Shown piece by piece: positions 24,458-29,567 of a stretch of 29,567 nt of DNA (its first letter is position 1; each line of letters begins with the position of its first letter). The DNA is from a virus. Lineage: Duplodnaviria; Caudoviricetes. The position numbers and the translations under genes were made by a program. The notes below the pieces were generated by a model that was not told the origin of the DNA, did no database searches, and worked only from the letters and a program-made list of their open reading frames with translations. The stretch spans positions 1 to 29,567 of IMG/VR virus record IMGVR_UViG_3300031589_000016, one strand, 5' to 3'.

Positions 24458-24636
24458 CAAATGTAACTCAAGAACTAGAATTTACTCTAGCAGATGCCCT
24501 TGAAGCAGCTTTCGAAGACTTTATTGAAGAGTATGAAATGGACACCTCTTCAAGCATCGAAGATATGCTCTATGAGTTCTTTGCGGAAGGGTTTATGTTG
24601 GCTTTCAATAACGAAGAAGAAGAAAACGAGGAGTAG
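24454..24636 (+). CDS. very acidic small protein
   Basis: Glu/Asp-rich 60 aa with no Lys or Arg. Confidence 0.7.
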   Translation: MTNVTQELEFTLADALEAAFEDFIEEYEMDTSSSIEDMLYEFFAEGFMLAFNNEEEENEE

Positions 24637-24641
24637 AATCA

Positions 24642-24860
24642 TTGTATATTATTCTTGGAAGACCTAACTGTACTTACTGTGATAAAGCAAAGGAACTCCT
24701 AGATAAGAAGGGTAAAGACTACCGCTACATTAATGTGCTAGGGGAGGAGAATGAGGTGTTCTTAAGTTTATTGAAAGACAATAACATCACTGCTGTTCCT
24801 CAAGTGTTTGAGCTACTAGGTGGCTTCACTGAACTACTGGAGACACTAAATGACAACTAA
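24642..24860 (+). CDS. glutaredoxin (TTG start)
   Basis: CTYC active site, AVPQVF cis-Pro motif, GGFTEL; GAGGAG SD. Confidence 0.9.
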   Translation: MYIILGRPNCTYCDKAKELLDKKGKDYRYINVLGEENEVFLSLLKDNNITAVPQVFELLGGFTELLETLNDN

Positions 24861-25320
24861 CACACCCCCTGGGGGAGAACCCCAGAAGTCTACTGATAAC
24901 CCTAAACGAGGTCGTGGACGCCCCAAGGGGTCTTCTGATGAGAAGGTCACTAAGATTAAACTCAAACCCCGCCCAGACACAGCTAAAGAGTACTTCAAGA
25001 AAGAGTACCGTAACTTAGATGTTATTGCTGTTTATGGGGTAGACGTCTTCACAGAAGAACTCATCAAGTACCTCTGGAAGGATATGACTAAAGAGTTCGT
25101 GGTAACAGACCCTGTAGAACAGAGGTTGTCTAACTTAACTCGTAGTATCGGTAACTTGCCTTACTCTATTTATCGTTATCAACAGGTACACCACGTAGGG
25201 TTCATTGAAGAAGGCTTCCACCCCGTTGTGGTAGTAGCTGAGAAGTACTGGGAAGAAGTCTCTAAGCTACCTAACCCAGAAAAAGTAGAACTGGTGTGCT
25301 TATCACACTGGCAGCGGTGA
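24850..25320 (+). CDS. hypothetical protein with an N-terminal AT-hook motif
   Basis: KRGRGRPKGS; GGAG SD. Confidence 0.75.
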   Translation: MTTNTPPGGEPQKSTDNPKRGRGRPKGSSDEKVTKIKLKPRPDTAKEYFKKEYRNLDVIAVYGVDVFTEELIKYLWKDMTKEFVVTDPVEQRLSNLTRSIGNLPYSIYRYQQVHHVGFIEEGFHPVVVVAEKYWEEVSKLPNPEKVELVCLSHWQR

Positions 25321-25516
25321 TTACCCCCGCCTTTATAAGGTGATTACATCACCACACCGCATAACCCCTCCCAACATCTCTGCTGACTCCTTCAAGTACT
25401 CGCAAGAGTGCTCGTTGGGGTTGGTGGGGGTGTTGGGGGGGTTACTACCTATTTTTTTTTTTGCATGGCTCTTATAAGGTGATTACATCTATAAGGTGAT
25501 TACATCACCGCACCGC
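25316..25516 (+). repeat. TATAAGGTGATTACATC direct repeats (three, plus a partial copy) containing the palindrome GGTGAT-TAC-ATCACC
   Basis: Copies at 25334-25350, 25473-25489 and 25490-25506; partial GGTGATTAC at 25316-25324. The first and last copies extend by ACC(A/G)CACCGC. Confidence 0.9.
25362..25462 (+). terminator. 83-nt G.U-rich hairpin with a GCAA tetraloop followed by ACCTA-T11 (terminator or structured RNA)
   Basis: Paired by hand: 28-bp outer stem (7 G.U, 1 bulge), 4x4 internal loop, 7-bp inner stem. Confidence 0.75.
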
Positions 25517-25535
25517 CTTATTTATATCAAAAAAT

Positions 25536-25554
25536 AAATACTTGACCCTTATGA
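25536..25554 (+). promoter_or_regulatory. putative phage-RNAP promoter, copy 3 (late/packaging module)
   Basis: Exact 19-bp core AAATACTTGACCCTTATGA. Confidence 0.75.
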
Positions 25555-25914
25555 TAATAACCACTGGGGAGGGGGATTATGGGGGTGGGTAAAAGAATTA
25601 TTATGCCTGCGGTAGCTTTCTGGAACAGTACTAACAAATAAGTTTTGTTTTTGTTTCTTAATAAGAAAGATTCGAGGTCTAAAGAATTCCTTTATTTCTA
25701 AATGTTTCTAAATGTATCTTAAGCTATGTCTTTAGATAGGGCCAACTTGGTCGTATATGCTCTCTGGGAAATAGTTCCGGAGTGGTCTTATAATAGATTG
25801 TTGTTACTTTTCTTTGTGTTAACTGGTTAAAACCCATAACTCGATGATGATTAACAACTTTTAAAACAACTGAAAGTCAATCTTCAACACTTCCAAAACA
25901 GAAAGGAAGAAAGT

Positions 25915-26301
25915 ATGTCAAGACTCGACAACCGAAAGAATAAGAACGGCGGAAAACGTGAAGGCGCTGGACGCCCTACAGGCTCTAAAAACATTAACTC
26001 TAACGCTGCTGTTAAGAAGCTTGAAGAGATTGGCTTCGACCCTATTGAAGAGATGGTATCACAGTTTAGAGCTATTGAAGAAGCTTTAGCCTCTGGTCAA
26101 ATCCGCATTGGCTCTGGCGCTTATGCTCAACTAATTGCCACTAAGGGTCAACTCATTAACAACCTTATGGCTTATGGCTATAAGAAGGTTCCTGAGAAGA
26201 TGGAACAAGAGATCACTACTACAGCCCCTATGGCTATTAAGCTTACTATGCCTAAGGCTCGACAGAGTCTCGATAATAAGAAGGATGTTAAAGATGGCTG
26301 A
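25915..26301 (+). CDS. terminase small subunit (putative)
   Basis: N-terminal GGKREGAGRP.GS.N motif typical of some TerS; lies upstream of TerL. Confidence 0.65.
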   Translation: MSRLDNRKNKNGGKREGAGRPTGSKNINSNAAVKKLEEIGFDPIEEMVSQFRAIEEALASGQIRIGSGAYAQLIATKGQLINNLMAYGYKKVPEKMEQEITTTAPMAIKLTMPKARQSLDNKKDVKDG

Positions 26302-26557
26302 TAAAGACTCACGCTTAACTCGTGCTGGTGTTAGTGGTTTTAACAAACCCAAGGCAACCCCCGGGCATAAGACTAAGAGCCATGTTGTTGTTGCTAAAGT
26401 GGGCTCAACCATCAAGACCATCCGTTTTGGTAAACAAGGCGCTGTTGGTTCTGCTGATGGCTCTAAACGTAACAAAAACTTTAAAGCCCGACACGCTACT
26501 AACATTGCCAAGGGTAAGATGAGTGCTGCATACTGGGCTAATAAAGTGAAATGGTAA
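26294..26557 (+). CDS. conserved-looking basic phage protein (87 aa)
   Basis: FNKPK.TP.H.TKSH.V.AK...K.IRFG.QG...F.ARH...SAAYWANKVKW; AAGGA SD before ATG 26294. Confidence 0.75.
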   Translation: MADKDSRLTRAGVSGFNKPKATPGHKTKSHVVVAKVGSTIKTIRFGKQGAVGSADGSKRNKNFKARHATNIAKGKMSAAYWANKVKW

Positions 26558-26572
26558 TAAGGAATCAAAGCA

Positions 26573-26698
26573 ATGGCTATTAAACGTAAACCAGCTCCCA
26601 AAGGCTCACACTACATGCCTAACGGAAAGCTGATGAAAGACTCTGCTATGAAGAAGACAACAACAAAGAAGAAGCCTAAAAAGAAACTGGGTTATTGA
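26573..26698 (+). CDS. small Lys-rich protein (41 aa)
   Basis: MAIKRKPAPKGSHYMPNGKLMKDSAMKKTTTKKKPKKKLGY (translated by hand); AAGGA SD. Confidence 0.65.
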   Translation: MAIKRKPAPKGSHYMPNGKLMKDSAMKKTTTKKKPKKKLGY

Positions 26699-26811
26699 GA
26701 ATGTTTAAGTATATTATGAATCGTTTAGACCTCTGCGCTAAGAAGCGTATCCCCAACCTATATAGCAAATTTAAATCTAAATAAATAACATATAACAGTA
26801 TTGAGAATATT

Positions 26812-28143
26812 ATGAATGAAGTAACCCTCCACGAAGGACAGTCTAAAGTCATCTCTGACATCTTTATGGAGGATGACGTGCGCTATGCTGTGGTTAACGC
26901 TTCCCGTGGTTTTGGTAAGAGCTATCTAGCTGCGTGTGCTGCCGCTATAGCTGTTCAAGAGCTGATAGAACTACCAGACGATGTGCCTAACAAGAATGTT
27001 GCTATCATAGCTCCGACTTATCAACAAGCTATTGACATCTATTTCCCTTTACTAGCCTATCAGCTAGGCATGGAAGCTCACGCTATTAAGTCCTCTAGAG
27101 TAGCTGGCACCTTCTGGTTCCCTAAGAACGTTATTCTTAAGATTTGGTCTTATGAAGCCTCTGAGCGTATGCGTGGTAGTGGTCAATACTTTGTTGTAGC
27201 CGATGAGGTATGCTCTTGGAAGGGTGCTGGTTCTAGCCTTAAGGAGTCTTGGGAGTCTGTTATTCAGCCTTGTATTGCTACTCGTTGGTCTCCCCAGAAC
27301 GCTAAGAAGTATGGTGCTAAACCCGGTAAAGCCCTTATCATCTCTACGCCTATGGGCTACAACTACTTTTACGACATGTATAACCGTCAAGATAGTGATA
27401 ACCACTGGAAGTCTTATACCTATACCTATACAGACTCTCCCTATCTAGACCCTGAAGAAATTGAGCGAGTTAAGCTAACGCTGGACCCTCTGAAATTTGC
27501 TAGAGAATACTCTGCCTCCTTTGAGGACTCTGGCAATACCGTGTTCTATACGTTTAATCGTAAAGAGCATATCGACAAGAACTTACCCTACTTCGACGCA
27601 GGTGAGGATGTACATATTGCTATTGACTTTAACGTCGGCATTATGGCTTCTTGTGCTTTTGCTTTAAGGGGTAACCAAATCCACATCCTTGATGAGTTCC
27701 AAGGACACCCCGACACCGAGACTCTAGCTAAGGCCCTAGCCTCTAAGTATGCTGGTCATAGGATTATTTCGTACCCTGACCCCAGTGGTCGTGCTAGGAA
27801 GTCTTCCGCTGCTGTCGGACAAACGGATTTTACTATCTTAACCGCTAACAAGATAGCTACAAGGGCTCACAACAAGGCACCCCCTATCATTGATAGTGTT
27901 GCTGCTGTTAACAAGAAATTCAAGAATGCTAATGGGGATATCGACATGTATATCCATCCACGTTGTTCGAATACTATTAAGTCTATTGAACGTACCGCAT
28001 GGGTAGAGAGTAACCCCGACACAGCCACCATCTGTAAGAAAGAGGGTGTTGAGCACTGGACCGATGGTCTACGTTATGCTGTGGAGTATTTATTCCCTGT
28101 GCGGGGCGGTACTAAAGTAACAACTAAAGGCTTTGGATTCTGA
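26812..28143 (+). CDS. terminase large subunit
   Basis: LHEGQ Q-motif, Walker A ASRGFGKS, IIAPT, Walker B FVVADE, ISTP.G.N.FYD, nuclease IDFN and H..DGLRY. Confidence 0.95.
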   Translation: MNEVTLHEGQSKVISDIFMEDDVRYAVVNASRGFGKSYLAACAAAIAVQELIELPDDVPNKNVAIIAPTYQQAIDIYFPLLAYQLGMEAHAIKSSRVAGTFWFPKNVILKIWSYEASERMRGSGQYFVVADEVCSWKGAGSSLKESWESVIQPCIATRWSPQNAKKYGAKPGKALIISTPMGYNYFYDMYNRQDSDNHWKSYTYTYTDSPYLDPEEIERVKLTLDPLKFAREYSASFEDSGNTVFYTFNRKEHIDKNLPYFDAGEDVHIAIDFNVGIMASCAFALRGNQIHILDEFQGHPDTETLAKALASKYAGHRIISYPDPSGRARKSSAAVGQTDFTILTANKIATRAHNKAPPIIDSVAAVNKKFKNANGDIDMYIHPRCSNTIKSIERTAWVESNPDTATICKKEGVEHWTDGLRYAVEYLFPVRGGTKVTTKGFGF

Positions 28144-28174
28144 TGAACCAAGTCTAACAACAAGGAATACAATA

Positions 28175-28513
28175 ATGGCAATCCGTAAAAAGATTAAGAA
28201 AGCTAAAAAAGAGTTTAAGCGTACATACAACCGCAACAAGAATGTCGGTAAAACAGCCCGTAGGGACGCTGTTGTAGGCGGCCTTGCTGGTGCAGCTATC
28301 GGTGCTACAGGTGGTGGTGCACTTGCTGCCGCAGGTATCGGTGTAGGTATCGGTGCTTACCGAAAGCGTAATCGCACTGCTGCGTCCAACGCTGGTGCCA
28401 AGGCAGGTGCTGCTGCACGTAAAATCGGTAAAGCTAAAGCAGGTGCTTACAAGATGACTGCTAAACATAAAGCTGCCATCTCTGCTGCTCTTAAAGGTAA
28501 GAAGCGCAAGTAA
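28175..28513 (+). CDS. basic protein with a central glycine-zipper segment
   Basis: ATG 28175 after AAGGA; VVGGLAGAAIGATGGGALAAAGIGVGIGAY flanked by K/R-rich arms. Confidence 0.7.
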   Translation: MAIRKKIKKAKKEFKRTYNRNKNVGKTARRDAVVGGLAGAAIGATGGGALAAAGIGVGIGAYRKRNRTAASNAGAKAGAAARKIGKAKAGAYKMTAKHKAAISAALKGKKRK

Positions 28514-28518
28514 CATTA

Positions 28519-28546
28519 AGGCATCCCCTTTCATCGGGGGGTGTTT
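28519..28546 (+). terminator. hairpin, possible terminator
   Basis: AGGCATCCCCT/GGGGGGTGTTT stem; weak U-tract. Confidence 0.5.
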
Positions 28547-28599
28547 ATAATGCTACTATAAGAATTATCCCGGACAACCCAAACAAAAGGACCATAACA

Positions 28600-28860
28600 A
28601 TGGCAATACTCAACGAACACTTCAACTCTGGCTTAGCCACTCCTGCACGCCGTGTCGCAGTAATAACTCCTAGTGACGCTACCTCTTTGGCTTTCCGTGC
28701 TTTGACAGTATACGTTACTGTTGGTGGTACTATTAAGTTTGACACCATCGGAGATGACACAGTCACTATGACCGTGCCTGACTACTATGAAATCCCAGCA
28801 CAGATTACTAAAATCTATGCAACAGGAACGACTGCCACTGGCATCGTAGCATACGGATAA
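28600..28860 (+). CDS. head spike base protein, RcGTA Rcc01079-like
   Basis: PA.....ITPSD...L......YV..GG.......G...VT..V.....P.....I.ATGTTAT.IVA pattern. Confidence 0.8.
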   Translation: MAILNEHFNSGLATPARRVAVITPSDATSLAFRALTVYVTVGGTIKFDTIGDDTVTMTVPDYYEIPAQITKIYATGTTATGIVAYG

Positions 28861-28865
28861 TCATT

Positions 28866-29567
28866 ATGGCAAATTCACTAGGAGTAAGTTTAACACGGAG
28901 GAAGCGCAATAAGCTAGTAACTATTTTATTAAACGGTACTAGTGAAAAGGCCATTCTCATTGCTGACCCGAAGTTAGCCTTTAAATTTAAAACAAACACA
29001 TACACAACAGGTGGAGCCAATACTACGTTCTCCTCTGCTATGACTCACACAGCTGCTTCCAATGCAACTATGGTTGATAGTGATGGCTTGCTGAAGTGGC
29101 GTCCGCATAACAACATCTCGAAATCAAACAGCTTTGATACGTGGAACAAAACCTCCACCACTGTTGTTGCTAATAACGCTGTCGGCCCCAACGGTATAGC
29201 TAACACAGCCGACACAGTTAACTTCACTACTACAACCTCAAACATTTACAACTTGTCCACAGTCGCTGTTACTCAAGGAGAAAAGATAACTTTTGCCGCA
29301 TGGGTACGCAGTGACACCATAACTTCTCTGACGATATGCCTAAATGGTAGGACACAGACACCAAACAACACCCCCTTTGCCAATCGAGATGTAACCCCCA
29401 CTTGGACGTTAGTTACATATGAAGCTAGTGTTCAAGCTAGTGACACTGGACTGTTCTTTGTATTTGGGCATATGCAACCTAACAATGTAAACACCCAAAT
29501 CGGTGCTTTGGAGATGTATGGCGCACACATGTACCGCAGTGACCTCGGTGGTATGGTTAACAACTCA
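28866..29567 (+). CDS. putative head (or tail) fiber protein, 3'-truncated by the window edge
   Basis: Frame open for 234 codons to the window end (translated by hand). Thr/Asn-rich, AT.VDSDGLLKW.PHN...S..F..W motif, follows the spike base gene. Confidence 0.7.
   Translation, partial: MANSLGVSLTRRKRNKLVTILLNGTSEKAILIADPKLAFKFKTNTYTTGGANTTFSSAMTHTAASNATMVDSDGLLKWRPHNNISKSNSFDTWNKTSTTVVANNAVGPNGIANTADTVNFTTTTSNIYNLSTVAVTQGEKITFAAWVRSDTITSLTICLNGRTQTPNNTPFANRDVTPTWTLVTYEASVQASDTGLFFVFGHMQPNNVNTQIGALEMYGAHMYRSDLGGMVNNS

Noticed and set aside
631-29245. All minus-strand ORFs and the alternative-frame ORFs nested in RNAP, PolA, helicase, RNR and TerL
   Set aside because: They overlap motif-supported + strand genes, have no recognisable motifs, and go against the uniform gene orientation.

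Overview
This window is a 29.6-kb segment of a tailed dsDNA phage genome, with every credible gene on the + strand. It has four parts. (1) 1-3.7 kb: small early/accessory ORFs, including a SleB-type cell-wall hydrolase, a DUF1127 protein, a tandem-HTH protein and a 207-bp tandem duplication. (2) 3.8-25.3 kb: a transcription/replication block with a compact 728-aa T7-type single-subunit RNA polymerase, gp2.5-like SSB, NDT-family protein, DUF3310 protein, family A DNA polymerase, stand-alone LigA Ia-like domain, MazG-like protein, 5'-3' exonuclease, GIY-YIG endonuclease, gp4-like primase-helicase, class II ribonucleotide reductase and glutaredoxin. (3) 25.3-25.9 kb: a ~600-bp non-coding control region. 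(4) 25.9 kb to the end: small and large terminase, small basic proteins, and an RcGTA Rcc01079-like head-spike base followed by a probable fiber gene cut off by the window edge. An alphaproteobacterial (Rhodobacteraceae-like) host is inferred, not shown. The most unusual element is a family of 11 small paralogous ORFs (MTKLEELKAA-[Ala/Tyr/Asp-rich variable core]-AELKKTKENTQ), 10 of them in a 3.1-kb array. They have constant ends and mosaic hypervariable cores, are interleaved with unrelated cargo ORFs, and each 3' end supplies the ribosome-binding site and start for the next gene. Other notable signals are a 19-bp motif (AAATACTTGACCCTTATGA) in front of three modules, the likely phage-RNAP promoter; a G.U-rich 83-nt hairpin flanked by direct repeats; start-associated mini-hairpins; and a microhomology recombination scar. 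I saw no tRNA, rRNA, CRISPR array, integrase or reverse transcriptase. All family calls come from motif recognition by eye, not from database searches.
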